Shown here one piece after another: positions 15,363-29,035 of a DNA stretch of 64,000 nt. The first letter of the stretch is position 1; the number at the start of each line of letters is the position of its first letter. Made by a program: the position numbers and the translations under genes. The notes under the pieces are model-generated. The model was not told the origin of the DNA. It saw only the letters and a program-made list of their open reading frames with translations, and made no database searches. This DNA is from Octopus vulgaris (lineage: Eukaryota), in contig OX597833.1 of assembly GCA_951406725.2 (NCBI GenBank), positions 61,442,001-61,506,000 on the forward strand, written 5' to 3'.

Positions 15363-16272
15363 GCATGTTTTAGTCTGAGTGTATGCATGTGTCTATGAAT
15401 CTATGAGTGAGGTGAAATAAACATTGGAAACTTCAGGAGCTGCACAAAGAACTTGCAAGCTGTTCTAAATGCATCTCAATGCTGGAAACCCTTCTGTGTC
15501 ATCAGCAGTTATCTCGGAGTCACAAGCGTTTTGCCCTTTAGCCCATATGCTTTGCCCTGAGTGGGGTAGTGATGACTGAACTAGTCTTCACCTGCAGAAG
15601 AGTTCCACTAGCAATATCTCATTACACATAGCCACCTTGCACTTGTTTTAGCTGCTCTTTCTAACTCTTTGATAGCTTTTTTTTCAGTTGTCTGCATTCC
15701 AGATCTATCTTCTGTAGGAAATGATGCTCTGATCCAGTTGGAATGCCAAAGCAGCTAAATTCAATGGTGAACAAGGCCACATGTCATCCTTTGACCAAGA
15801 TCATGTTAACTAAGCTCTGATATTTGTTTCTTTCTTTTTTTTTTTACCTGGTGGAAAATATTGAATCTGTTCTCTTAGGGTGCTGTGAGTTCAACTGCAA
15901 TGATTGGTTGGAATATGTCTGATCAGAGTAATGTTACCACTATCTCCTCTGGGAAGATAAATCTGCCCTTCAGGCAAATCTGCCCCGTGGTCTGAGGCTG
16001 AAAACGAAACAGAAAATGGGGCCCCCTGACATTGCTTTCATTATGAGGGCTTTGTCACCTTACTTTAGGAATTCGATACATTTTAGTGGTGGTGGTGGTG
16101 GTGGTGGTGGTCTGTAAAAAACATAAATCCAAAAGAAGAAGCCCACTCTAAGATGTGTAGCAGTATATATTAAAAATGGGGAAGGCTGGTCTATGGGATT
16201 GCCTTGTGATATGCCATAAAGCTAAACCCGTTTTGGACGAGAAACCTAAGGTAATTCCATAGACCAGCCTTC

Positions 16273-16333
<61 letters not shown>

Positions 16334-16528
16334 GTGTATGTGTGTGTGGAAAAAGCTAATAATATAGCATAAACATGATACACCATCCATATTTTGCAGA
16401 AGAATTTGTTGTTGGGGCAGTTTAGCTTAATGATAAAGCACTTGAGTTCGAGTTTCATGATTGACCACTGATAGACTTTTCTGCTAAATATGGATGCTAT
16501 ATTATTAGCATTATCCTGCATTTGAGAA

Positions 16529-16588
<60 letters not shown>

Positions 16589-17190
16589 GATGGACGTCTT
16601 TCAGTTTCCATGTATCAAATCCACTCACAAAGCTTTTGTTGGCCCAAGGCTATAGTAGAAGACACTTGCCCAACGTGTCAAGCTGTGGGACTGAACCCGG
16701 AACCATATGGTTGGGAAGCAAGCATATATATATATATACATATTTAGTAGAAATTTATAGAAAAACAAAAGGTGAAGACTGGTGTATGAACAACAAGCAA
16801 GTGTATTAGTTTGACACTAGGGAAAATGAGAAAGTCTTTTACATTTCGAGCTTATGCTCTTCAACAGAAAGGAATAAAAGAAAATAAACACAGAGAGAGT
16901 GAAAAAAGAATTGTAGATTTCAGCAGTCCAGCATGGCAAATGATATATATACATATATACACATGTACATATAGTACATGCATACAGAAGAGGTCGCAGA
17001 TGTGTGACGAAAGATTTCCAGACAATGGACATAAGATAACATAAGAAGAAGAATAAAGAAGTGATGAACAAATATATGGTGCATGTGTATATCTGGAAAA
17101 AAAACACAAAAATGACCGTCCCAAAATATAACAAGATCTGTTTCAATACGTGGTTTCACATCAGGAATCTTACAAAACACATTCATATAC

Positions 17191-17330
<140 letters not shown>

Positions 17331-17492
17331 GGCGCAGGAGTGGCTGTGTGGTAAGTAGCTTGCTAACCAACCACATGGTTCCAGGTTCAGTCCTACTGTG
17401 TGGCATCTTGGGCAAGTGTCTTCTGCTATAGCCCCGGGCCGACCAATGCCTTGTGAGTGGATTTGGTAGACGGAAGCTGAAAGAAGCCTGTC

Positions 17493-17544
<52 letters not shown>

Positions 17545-17750
17545 ATGTGTTTGTGTGTCAGTGTTTGTCCCCCTAGCATTGCTTGACAACCGATGCTGGT
17601 GTGTTTACGTCCCCATCACTTAGCGGTTCAGCAAAAGGGACCGATAGAATAAGTACTGGGCTTACAAAGATAAAGTCCTGGGGTCGATTTGCTCAACTAA
17701 AGGCAGTGCTCCAGCATGGCCACAGTCAAATGACTGAAACAAGTAAAAGA

Positions 17751-17751
<1 letters not shown>
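17331..17751 (+). mobile_element. SINE family A
   Basis: Full-length copy flanked by (TA)n. Confidence 0.85.
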
Positions 17752-17812
<61 letters not shown>

Positions 17813-17904
17813 GCATATATATATATATATACGTACACCCCCCCCACACACACACACACAAGTGAGTGGACAAACAAAAGGAAATGGCACTCAAACGTTT
17901 ATTC

Positions 17905-18520
17905 TTTTACTTTTACTTATTTCAGTCATGTGACTGTGGCCCTGCTGGAGCACCACCTTTCGTTGAACAAATCGATCCCTGGACTTATTCTTTGTAAGTC
18001 TGATATTTATTCTATTGGTCTCTTTTGCCAAAGCGGTAAGTTATGGGGATGTGAACATACCAACATCGGCTGTCAACTGATGGTGGAGGGACAAACACAA
18101 ATATATACACAAATATGTATATATATATATATATAAAGTTAATCCAAACATTAAAACACAAAGAGAAAACACAACAACGCGAGGATGTGGAACAAATATA
18201 GTATTATTGGATGCTAAGGAAGGAAGGGAAGAAGGAGGGTTTTACGTTTCGGGCGGAGCTCTTTGTCAGAAACATAGGAAAAGGAAAGATCCAGAGAAAC
18301 GAAGACGGAGGAAAGAAAATCGCCAACAGTACTCACGCGGTCACATAAATATATATATACAATGGGCTTCTTTCAGTTTCTGTTTACCAAATCCACTCAC
18401 AAACCTTTGGTCGGCCCGAGGTTACAGTAGAAGACACTTGCCCGAGACACTTGTCATGCAGTGGGACTGAACCCTGAACCATGTAGTTGGGAAGCAAGCT
18501 TCTTGCCACACAGCTACACT
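17905..18520 (-). mobile_element. SINE family A interrupted by a hammerhead-bearing element
   Basis: Tail at 17905-18100 and head at 18360-18520; the insertion lies in the internal (TA)n. Confidence 0.8.
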
Positions 18521-18943
18521 CGGTAAGAAATATATTTTTTTAATAACTCCTTGATTTAGTTCCATATGTCATTTAAAGCTTTGTGGGTGTATAGGATGAA
18601 ACCATCCCATCAGCTGCAGGCACATCTTCCGATATTTGATGAGACAGGTTCGTCCTCCGCATCCGCAAATCTTTAAGTCATGTGCAGCTGAGTCAAACGG
18701 TTATTAAAATATTTGATTACACACACACACACATTTATTTAATGTGTGTATATATATATGTATGTATATGTATAAGTATATATATATATATATATATATA
18801 CAGATACACATACACACACACACACATTTATTTATTTATGTGTGTATGCATGTATGTATATATATATATATATGTATGTATATATATATATATATATATA
18901 CGCACACACACACATATATATACACACACACATATATATGTAC

Positions 18944-18978
<35 letters not shown>

Positions 18979-19008
18979 CATATATACATATATATACATA
19001 TATTTATA

Positions 19009-19055
<47 letters not shown>

Positions 19056-19548
19056 GCACACACACACATGAAGATACAGATAGCTACCAAGCTAGCTAGA
19101 TAGATAGGTATACATATGATACTTGTTTCAGTCATGCTGGAGCACTGCCTTGAAGAGTTTAGGTTGAACGAGACAACCTCTGTACATACTTTTAATCACT
19201 GGTACTTATTCCATCAGTTTCTATTGCCAATCCACAAAGTTAAATGGATGTAATTAAACCAACACTGGTTATGTTGTCAGGTGGTGTGTGAGAGACACTC
19301 ACTGTACAAACACACACACACACATCTGTCTATCTATCTATCTATTTATCTATCTATCTGTACATATGTATGTGTATGTGTGTATATATATATATATATT
19401 TATTGAAATGGATAAATGAATTATCTTGTTACGGATTATTCAAATTATAACCGATACCTGGGTAGCAAAAATCACAACAGAAAAATCACGGTTGAGGTTA
19501 CGACCATGGGGTATCGCAACCGTGCCTTAGTGCGGATAATTGAAGTTT

Positions 19549-19924
19549 TATATATTTAGTGAGGGAAGAAATGGAGCTGAACGAAGATTTTACAAAATTC
19601 CTTTTTATTATTTTCTACACATGTTTCAAAGGCTGCAAATTCCCTAATTCGGATTGAATAAGGAGACCATTTTGCAGCTTTCTCTTCAGGAAAATCCAGG
19701 AATTTAAATCTCCAAAACAAATGCGCAGCAAGCTTTTCGAACTTGCTGCGCATTTGTTTTGGAGATTTAAGTTCCTGGTTTTCCTGAAGAGAAAGCTGCA
19801 AAATGGTCTCCTTATTCAATCCGAATTAGGGAATTTGCAGCCTTTGAAACATGTGTAGAAAATAATAAAAAGGAATTTTGTAAAATCTTCGTTCAGCTCC
19901 ATTTCTTCCCTCACTAAATATATA
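19549..19924. repeat. Near-perfect long inverted repeat (arms 184/183 bp, 9-nt spacer)
   Basis: Arms 19549-19732 and 19742-19924 differ by one indel and one substitution. Confidence 0.95.
19779..19862 (+). ncRNA. Type I hammerhead ribozyme motif with long stem II (mirror copy at 19611-19694, minus strand)
   Basis: TTTTC-CTGAAGA-GAAAGCTGCAAA...TTTGCAGCCTTT-GAAA-CATGTG-TA|GAAAA. Confidence 0.75.
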
Positions 19925-20460
19925 TATATATTTCTTTATTGCTCACAAGGGGCTAAACATACAGGGGACAAACAAGGGCAGACAAAGGGATTAAGTCGAT
20001 TACATCGACCCCAGTGTGAAACTGGTACTTTATTTTATCAACCCCGAAAGGATGAAAGGCAAAGTCATATATATATACATACACACATAAGAAGCTTCTG
20101 TACAATTTCCATCTACTAAATTCACTCACAAGGCAGAGGCCCAGGTCCCATGCAGTGGGAATGACTGCGAACTTGTTAAGGTAGCGAGCTGGCGAAGACA
20201 GTGAGCTGGCAGAAACATTAGCACACAGGGCAAAATGCTTAGTGGTGTTTCGTCTGTCTTTACGTTCTGAGTTCAAATTCCACCAAGGTCAACTCTGCCT
20301 TTCATCCTTTAAGAGTCGATAAATTAAGTACCAGTTGTGTACTGGGATTGATCTAATTGACTAGCCACCTCCTCCTCCACAAAAATTTTGGGCCTTGTGC
20401 CTAGAGTTGAAAACAATGTGAACCTGTGGGATTCTAAAGCAAGTTTCTTAACCACACAGA

Positions 20461-20499
<39 letters not shown>

Positions 20500-22077
20500 C
20501 TGTGTGCATGTGTGTGTGCGTGTATGTATATGTGTGTGTGTCTGTGTGCATGTGTGTATGTGTGTGGGTAATGCCTGTATACATGTGTTTGTGTATGTAT
20601 GTTTTGTTTATCTTTTATTCTTTTACTTGTTTCAGTCATTAGACTGTGGCCATGCTGGGGCCCCACCTTGAAGAGATTTTAGTCAAATGAATCAACGCCA
20701 GTCCTTTTTTTTTTTAAGCCAAACCATTAAGTTACGGGGACGTAAACACATCAACACTGTTTCTCAAGTGGTAGAAGGGGACAAACACAGATACAAAGAC
20801 ACACACACACACATAAATATATATGATATATATACACAGATCATTGCTGCAATGTAAAAGTGTTGTAAGTCTAAAACATTTTGAGAAAATGGAAAAATAG
20901 TTTCTCCATTCCATAGCAAAACCGTTGTACTACACTTTGACAACTTTTCATATCTTGGCATCTGAAGCAACTGGAGATACGATAGTTTGACCAAAAGAAC
21001 CGGCTATTGCAAGCAAATATAAATATTGAAAAAAAAACGCCAAATTTGGACATATGACAGTTTAACATAACTACAACTATATATATATAAATATATAGTT
21101 ATATATAGTTACATTGATATATATATATATATATATATATCAGACTGGGCCTGGTGCAGCCTTCTGGCTTCCTAGACCCCAGTTGAACCGTCCAACCCAT
21201 GCTAGCATGGAAAGTGGACGCTAAACGAAGATATGACGGGCTTCTTTCAGTTTCCATCTACCAGATCCACTTACAAGGCTTTCGTCAGACACTTGCCCAA
21301 GATTCTACAAAGTGGGACTGAACCCAGAACCATGTGGTTGGGACGCAAATTTCTCCATACCTGGCCAAGTGTGCACCGATGTGGTGTGTGTGTGTATTAT
21401 ATGCATTTGTGTTCATGACTGTATGTGTTTGTGTATCTGCATGTGTGAGTGCAGGTGTTAGTAAGCATGTGTATGAATATGTGTGTGTGTGTGTATAAAT
21501 ATATATATATATATATGTATGTATGTATGTATATATGTATGTATGTATGTTTGTATGTATGTATATGTATATGTGTTTGTGTCCATGAATGTATCTGTCA
21601 TTGCATATATTTCTTCAAAGTAACATGCATAAAAAGTACTTGTCTAACCATGACTCTCACCTATGAAACACACAAAGTAAGAAATATTTAAAAAAGAAAA
21701 GAATAAGGCTTAAGATAGGGCCAGAAAAACCCCAAAAGGGTAAAAATTCAACTCACCCACTCTTCAGATGACCACTGTATGTATGTATGTGTGTGTCTGT
21801 GTGTATGTATGTGTGTGTGTGTGTATGTGAGTGTGGAGTATGGAGGATGAGTGACAAACAGACAGACTGATTGACAGAGAAAGAGAGAGAGAGAGTGTGT
21901 GTGTGTTTGTGCTTATGTGAGAGAGAGAGGGTGTGTGATGGATGTGTGAATTGTCAATGGCTGGGTCTGTTGTCTTCTGTCAGAGAGAATTCAGGAGAAA
22001 GTGGAGTGAGGAAGAAGGAAGTACAGTGATGTTTCGAGGTAGGGGGGGTGGAATGGTGGGGAAAGCGGTTGCATTAG

Positions 22078-22446
22078 AGGTGGTGGTAATGGTGGTGGTG
22101 GTGGTGTTGGTGGTGGTGGTGGTGATGGTGGTGGTGGGGGGGGTAGAGGCAGTTGTGGTAGAAGGGATAATGATGGTGGTGGTTGTGATGGTAGTGGTTG
22201 TGGTGGTGGTAGTGGTGGTTGTGATGGTGGTGGCGGTGGTGGTGGTGGTGGTGATGGTGGTGGTGGTGGTGGTGGTTGTGATGGTGGTGGTGGTGGTAGT
22301 GATGGTGGTGGTGGTGGTGGTTGTGATGGTGGTGGTGGTGGTGGTTGTGGTGGTGGTGGTGGTTGTGATGGTAGCAGTGGTGGTGGTGGTGGTTGTGATG
22401 GTGGTTGTGATGGTGGTGGTGGTGGTGGTGGTAGTGGTGGTGGTGG
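22078..22446. repeat. (GGT)n trinucleotide array
   Basis: Direct inspection. Similar (GGT/GAT)n arrays at 26130-26650 and 37790-38450. Confidence 0.95.
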
Positions 22447-22615
22447 CAGAGGCAGTGAGGAGTTAGTCTATCATTGAAGGAGGGAAGGAAGACACATCTT
22501 ATTGCAAATGGCTTTAGATGTGTGTCTGTGTACTTGTGTACTTGTGTGTATGAGTTTGTGTGTGTGTGTGCGTGTACATGTGTGCACGTGTGCATTTATA
22601 TCTCTATCTATCTAC

Positions 22616-22682
<67 letters not shown>

Positions 22683-22683
<1 letters not shown>

Positions 22684-23303
22684 TGGGTCATCCCATAAAT
22701 AAAGCAGTTTTTTTAATACTTCTTTTGTTATTCAAAATTAAGATAAACAGATTTCTTTTTTTAATCTAAAATATACTCTCCTTCATTTTCTACAATGCTC
22801 TTCCATCTATCTGGTAGACTTGCAAGGCCCCTCTTCCAAAATTCACTTGTCCGTGATGAAAAATACTCCTCCAGTACTGTTCTCACCTTGTCTACAGAAT
22901 TCATATTTTTTCCGTCCAAATGATTTTGAAGACTGCAGAATAAATGATAACCGGATGGGGCAATGTCCAGCGAATATGGTGGGTGGGGCATCGTTTCCCA
23001 TTCAGACTGCTCCACCCTTTGGAATGTCATCCTTGTTGTATGTGGCTGAGCATTATCCTGATTGAAGAACACCTTTCATCATGAAACCAAAGATGGTCGT
23101 TTTTCTTCTAGTGCTGACTTAAGCCACTTCAGATCCTTGCAGCAGATCTTTTTTGTTATTGTTTGGTTTGCATTTAAAAGTTCAAAGTGGATGTAACCTT
23201 CTGTATCTCACCAAATAGATAACAACACCTTACGTAGGTGAAAACCTTTTTTTAGCCTGGGGGTGATGGTGTTTATCCCTTCCCTACCCACTGTCTTCAG
23301 TGT
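22683..23303 (-). mobile_element. mariner transposase relic, 3' half with TIR
   Basis: QDNAQPH, HPPYSLDIAPSGYHLF, LPDRWKSIVENEGEY* motifs; TIR-like TTGGGTCATCCCATAA after TA; truncated by a SINE at ~23305. Confidence 0.88.
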
Positions 23304-23304
23304 A

Positions 23305-23710
23305 CTCTTTTACTCTTTTACTTGTTTCAGTCATTTGACCGTGACCATGCTGGAGCACCGCCTTTAGTCAACCAAATCGACCCCAGGACTTATTCTTTGT
23401 AAGCCTAGTACTTATTCTATCGGTCTCTTTTGCCGAACCACTAAGTTACGGGGACGTAAACACACCAGCATCGGTTGTCAAGCAATGTTGGGGGGACAAA
23501 CACAGACACACAAACATATACACACACACATACATATATATATATACGATGGGCTTCATTTCAGTTTCCATCTACCAAATCCACTCACAGGGCTTTGGTC
23601 GGCCCGAGGCTATAGTAGAAGACACTTGCCCAAGGTGCAAAGCAGTTGGACTGAACCCGAAACCATGTGGTTCGTAAGCAAGCTACTTACCACACAGCCA
23701 CTCCTACACC
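23305..23710 (-). mobile_element. SINE family A
   Basis: Full-length reverse copy. Confidence 0.85.
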
Positions 23711-24462
23711 TATTGTGTGTGTATTTCCAGTGTTTTAAATCTGGGTTTTGTTCCCGTTAATGAGGGTGGTTGGATCTACTTCAATGCCATAGCAACAGCC
23801 CTCACATCATCTCACCATCTTGCCTGGTTTTGAGCACCCTCCCTTCTCAAGCCAACACTCCCAAACTCCACCTCCACCTGTTCCCACCACGTTTTTGAGG
23901 AAAACATGGAAGGGACAGGAAATTCCAACTTGGAATTCCTAGAACCACTGTTGACACTGGCTTATGCTTATTCTCTGATCCCCATATACTGCATTAATAT
24001 TCCTCACACTTTTGGTTGCGTTGTTGCTTTTATTGAACTCATAAAGCAAAATATGCTCCTTTGTCACTTCCATCATAGCTTTGAAAAAATAACTGTTAAA
24101 ATCGAACTGCACTCTTCGAAACTTGCACTAAGAATAAGCACAAGGTAAAATTACTACCTGCTTTTATAGTAAGTTAATGCAGGTAGTTTATCCCATCCCC
24201 CTCATCATCATCATCATCACCACCACCATCATCATTACCATCATTATTGTCGTTGTTGTCATTATCATCATCACCATCATCATTATCACCACCACCATCA
24301 TCACCATCATCATCGTCGTCGTCGTCGTCGTCATCATCATCATCATCGTCATCAGCGTCATCACCATCATCATCATCATTTGACGTCTGTCTTCCATGCT
24401 GGTATAGGTTGGATGGTTTGACAGGAGCCGGCCAGGTAGAAGACTACACCAGGCTAATCTGT

Positions 24463-25255
24463 CTGTTTTGGCAGGGTTTTTATGGGTGGATGCCCTTCCA
24501 TGTAACAACCACCCCATAAAGTGAACTGAGTGCTTTTTACGTGGCACCAGCTCAGGTGAGGTCAGTTTCAGTATGGCTTTTACAGCTGGATGCCCTTCCA
24601 AATGCCAACCACCCAGCAGAGTGGACTGAATGCTTTTTACGTGGCACCAGCTCAGTTGAGGTCAGTTTTGGCATGGCTTTTACAGCTGATGCCCTTCCAA
24701 ATGCCAACCACTACACAGTGTGGACTGAATACTTTTTACGTGGCACCAGCTCAAGTGAGGTCAGTTTTGGCATGGCTTTTACAGCTGATGCCCTTCCAAA
24801 TGCCAACCACTACACAGTGTGGACTGGATGCTTTTTACGTGGCACCAGCTCAGGTGAGGACAGTTTTGGCAGGGTTTTTTTACAGCTGGGTACCCTTCCA
24901 AATGCCAACCACTACACAGTATGGACTGGATGCTTTTTATGTGGCACCAGCTCAGGTAAGGTCAGTTTTAGCATAGCTTTTTCAGCTGGATGCCCTTCCA
25001 AATGCCAACCACTACACAGTGTGGACTTGATGCTTTTTACGTGGCACCAGCTCCGGTGAGGTTAGTTTTGGCATGGTTTTCACAGCTGGATGCCCTTCAA
25101 AATGCCAACCACTACACAGTATGGACTGGATGCTTTTTATGCAGCACCAGCTCAGGTGAGGTCAGTTTTGGCAGGGTTTTTACAGCTGGATGCCTTTCCA
25201 AATGCCAACCACTGCACAGTGTAGACTGGATGCTTTTTATGTGGCACCAGCACCA
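24463..25255 (-). repeat. ~100-bp minisatellite, ~8 units, derived from an RTE 3' UTR segment
   Basis: T(G/A)CTTTTTA anchors at 24531, 24631, 24730, 24829, 24931, 25031, 25131 and 25231. Confidence 0.9.
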
Positions 25256-25977
25256 GCAGGGTCACCAAATAAATATCTGCAAAACAAAAAAATTAATACA
25301 GAGTTCTATATTATGAAGTACAAGGCATACAACGCATGTGGAACCATGTATAAATGCATGTGGGCCCATGTATAAACTAGAACAGTTTTGCATTTTTCAT
25401 CTTGCTAATAGAGAAAAACAGGGAAATAAAAAGTGAGGTTTTCACTATTTTGTTCAGTACCTGTACACACACACACACACACATGGAATACTCAGCCACT
25501 TAGTAGTTTATTGAGTGAGTAGGTCTGTTGATTGAATAACAAGAAATAACCATCATTGAAACTGATGGAAACTCATTCACTTTTCATATATGTATCAGTG
25601 TGTGTATGTGTGCGTGTATATGTATGCATGTATGTCTATGTGTATCTACAGGTATGTATGTATGTGTGTGTGTGTGTGCATGCATATATACACGTATATA
25701 TATGTGTATGTGTGTGTGTGTGTGTATGTGTAGAATGATAGATAGACAGCCAGTTAGATAATATATACATAACTATGCATGTACGCATGTATGTACATAT
25801 ACATGTATGTATGTATGTATGTATGTATATATGTATGTATGTGCATGTACATATGTATGTACATATACATATATGTATGTATGTATATATGTATATATGT
25901 ATATATGTGTATGTACATATGTATGTACATATACATGTATATACGTATATATGTACACATGTGTATGTATGTATGTA

Positions 25978-26012
<35 letters not shown>

Positions 26013-26480
26013 TTTGCTAAGAAGTAGCAGGAGGTGGGAGGGAAGGTGTGAGTGCTTCCATCTTGAGTGTTAAATTGCCAAATATTCACAAGTGTTTGAC
26101 AGATGAGCTGACATTACATGGTAATATAGTGGCGGCGGCGGAGGCGGAGGCGGTGGTGATGGTGGTGGTGGTGGTGGTGGTGGTAGTGGTGGTGTCTTTT
26201 TCTTGTTGTTGTAGTCCACGAAGGTGGTTTTGGCGCCAGCAGTGGTGGTGGTGGTGATGTTGGTGATGGTGATGATGATGATGATTACCATACAGGCAGT
26301 GGCAGCAGCAGCAGTAGCAGTGGTGGCAGCAGTAGCAGTGTTGGTGGTATTCACCCTGTTAGTGGTTGCAGTGTTGGTAGTTGTAGTGGTGTTGGTAGTT
26401 GTAGTGGTGTTGGATACTGATGATGGTGATGAAGATACTGGTGGTTGTGGTGGTGGTGGTGGTGGTGTTGGTGATGATGA

Positions 26481-26514
<34 letters not shown>

Positions 26515-27044
26515 GGTGGTGGTGGTGGTGTTGGTGATGATGATGATGATGATGATAACATTAATAGAAGTGGTGAGTTTATGTAGTAGTTGTTGTTATT
26601 GGTAGTGGTGATGGTTGTTGTTGTGGTGGTGGTGGCGGCGGTGGTGGCTGCGGGTGTAGTTAAACTCTGCCTTTACTGTGGCGGAATCATTAAAATTCCC
26701 GTATATCATGAGAAATATTTTTTTTTTTTTTTTTTACAAATTGAGAGGGTGGAGGGTGGTAGAGGGGGTAGGACGGAGTAGAAGAGGAGGAGGAGGAGGG
26801 ATAGAATGGGGGTGGGTGGAGTGGTGGGGGTGGGGGTGGGGAACAAAGCCAACAAATTTGTTTTAAATTCCCTTTCAGTAAAATATAAAACTACACATGT
26901 TGCTGTGTGGCTGAGAAGTTTGATTCTCAACCGCAAGGTCTCGGGTTCTCTTCCAATGCACAGCACCCTGGGTGTGGTTTGCTGTAGTCTCACGGTGGCC
27001 AAATGTCTTGTGAGTGGAATTTGGTTGAGAGATCAATGTGACTG

Positions 27045-27383
27045 AGTGGTTGGGTAGCCGGGTTTTTGGGTGGCTGGGTGCCTGGGTGGCTGGATGGCTG
27101 GGTGGTTGAGTTGTTGGGTGGCTGGGTTGTTAGGTGGCTGGATGGCTGGGTGGTTGGATAGCTGGGTTGTTGGGTAGCTGGGTGGCTGGGTGATTGGGTG
27201 GCTGGGTGGCTGGGTGATTGGATGGCTAGGTGGTTGGGTAGCTGGGTGGCTGAGTAGCTGGGTGGCTGAGTAGCTGGGTTGCTAGGTAGCTGGGTGATTG
27301 GGTGGCTGGGTTGTTGGGTGGCTGGGGAGCTGGGTGGTTGGGTTGTTGGGTGGCTGGATGGCTGGGTGGCTGGGTGGTTGGTG
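27045..27383. repeat. G-rich degenerate (GGGTGGCT)-type tandem repeat
   Basis: Many GGG runs separated by short linkers. Confidence 0.9.
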
Positions 27384-27688
27384 GTATTCACGTATATCTG
27401 TGGGGAAAACATGAACAGAAGAAATCTACAGAGGGATGTTGTACAGGGTGGGGAGAAAGGAATGGTTATAGTGGTTAGTGTTGACCATTGGTCGGTAAAC
27501 ACACGTTATGTGGGTGATCAGAGGAGGAGTGACCAGATAGGTCTGAGTGACGGTGACACGTGACTGATTAACTCTGAGGGACAAGAATTGCCCTTCCACA
27601 CAAAAACCATAGCAATGCCATGTTTGCTATCACTAGCAAGAACATCATCATTATTTTGTATTCTCTTCTCCCCAGTGACATATTGATA

Positions 27689-28083
27689 GTGGAGGCGCAA
27701 TGGCCCAGTGGTTAGGGCAGCGGACTCGCGGTCATAGGATCACAGTTTCGATTCCCAGACTGGGCGTTGTGAGTGTTTATTGAGCGAAAAAACACCTAAA
27801 GCTCCACGAGGCTCCGGCAGGGGATGGTGGTGATCCCTGCTGTACTCTTTCACCACGACTTTCTCTCACTCTTACTTCCTGTTTCTGTTGTACCTGTATT
27901 TCAAAGGGCCGGCCTTGTCACTCTCTGTGTCACGCTGAATATCCCTAAAGAACTACGGTAAGGGTGCACGTGTCTGTGGAGTGCTCAGCCACTTACACGT
28001 TAATTTCACGAGCAGGCTGTTCCGTTGATTCAGATCAAGTGGAACCCTCGTCGTCGTAACCGACGGAGTGTTCTAGAGGTAGA
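27689..28083 (+). mobile_element. tRNA-derived SINE (head D, tail 1) with 12-bp target-site duplication
   Basis: A-box TGGCCCAGTGG, B-box GTTTCGATTCC; GACATATTGATA repeated at 27677-27688 and 28084-28095. Confidence 0.85.
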
Positions 28084-29002
28084 GACATATTGATATTCCT
28101 GGATCACTCAATCTTGCAATTCGTGATAATGCAGACATCTGATCCTCACATCACAGAATATGAATGGCCCTCTGAATTTTTTTCCTCTCCCTTAGATAAG
28201 TATAGAGAAATACTTCCAGTCTGTTTGAAGTTTACCTCTTCGTTTTTATGGCTCTGTCTGCCTCACTATTCCATCCCTGTGTCGCCTTTCACCTGGCTAG
28301 GATCTTGCAAATACATACATACATACATACATACATACATACATACATGTGACCGTGTGTGTATCGTTGGTGATTTTCTTTCTCCATCTTCCCTTCCTTG
28401 GACCTTTCCTTTTCTATGTTTCTGACAAAGAGCTCCGCTTGAAACGTTAAATCCTCCTTCTTTCTTTCCTTTCCTGAGTGTCCAATAATACTATACTTGT
28501 TCCACGTCCTCGCGTTGTTGTGTTTTCTCTTTGTGTTTTCATGTTTGGATTAACTATATATATATATATATTTTAATCTATCAACATCAATGGAATTTGT
28601 AGCTGTGATACCATTGCTGGTGGCACATAAGAGAACCATCTGAACATGGCCGTAGCCAGCGCCACCCGCCTGGCCTCCGTGCCGGTGCTACGTAAAAAGC
28701 ACCATCCGACCGTGGCCGTTGCCAGCTTCGTCTGGTCCCCGTGCCGGTGGCATGTAAAAAGCACCATCCGATCGTGGCCATTTGCCAGCCTCGTCTGGCA
28801 CCTGTGCTGGTGGCACGTAAAAAGCACCCACTACACTCACGGAGTGGTTGGCGTTAGGAACGGCATCCAGCTGTAGAAACATTGCCAGATAAGACTGGAG
28901 CCTGGTGCAGCCTCCTGGCTTCCCAGACCCCAGATGAACTGTCCAACCCATGCCAGCATGGAAAGCAGACGTTAAATGATGATGATGATGATGATGATTA
29001 TG

Positions 29003-29035
<33 letters not shown>

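Noticed and set aside
15400-16010. Possible decayed coding or transposon sequence
   Set aside because: No ORF or diagnostic motif recognised.
24463-25255. CRISPR-like array
   Set aside because: Whole units repeat with no unique spacers, the context is eukaryotic, and there are no cas genes.
27689-27770. Functional tRNA gene (also 31808 and 32687)
   Set aside because: A/B boxes are present, but the sequence continues into SINE bodies, one with a TSD, and no clean cloverleaf could be built.
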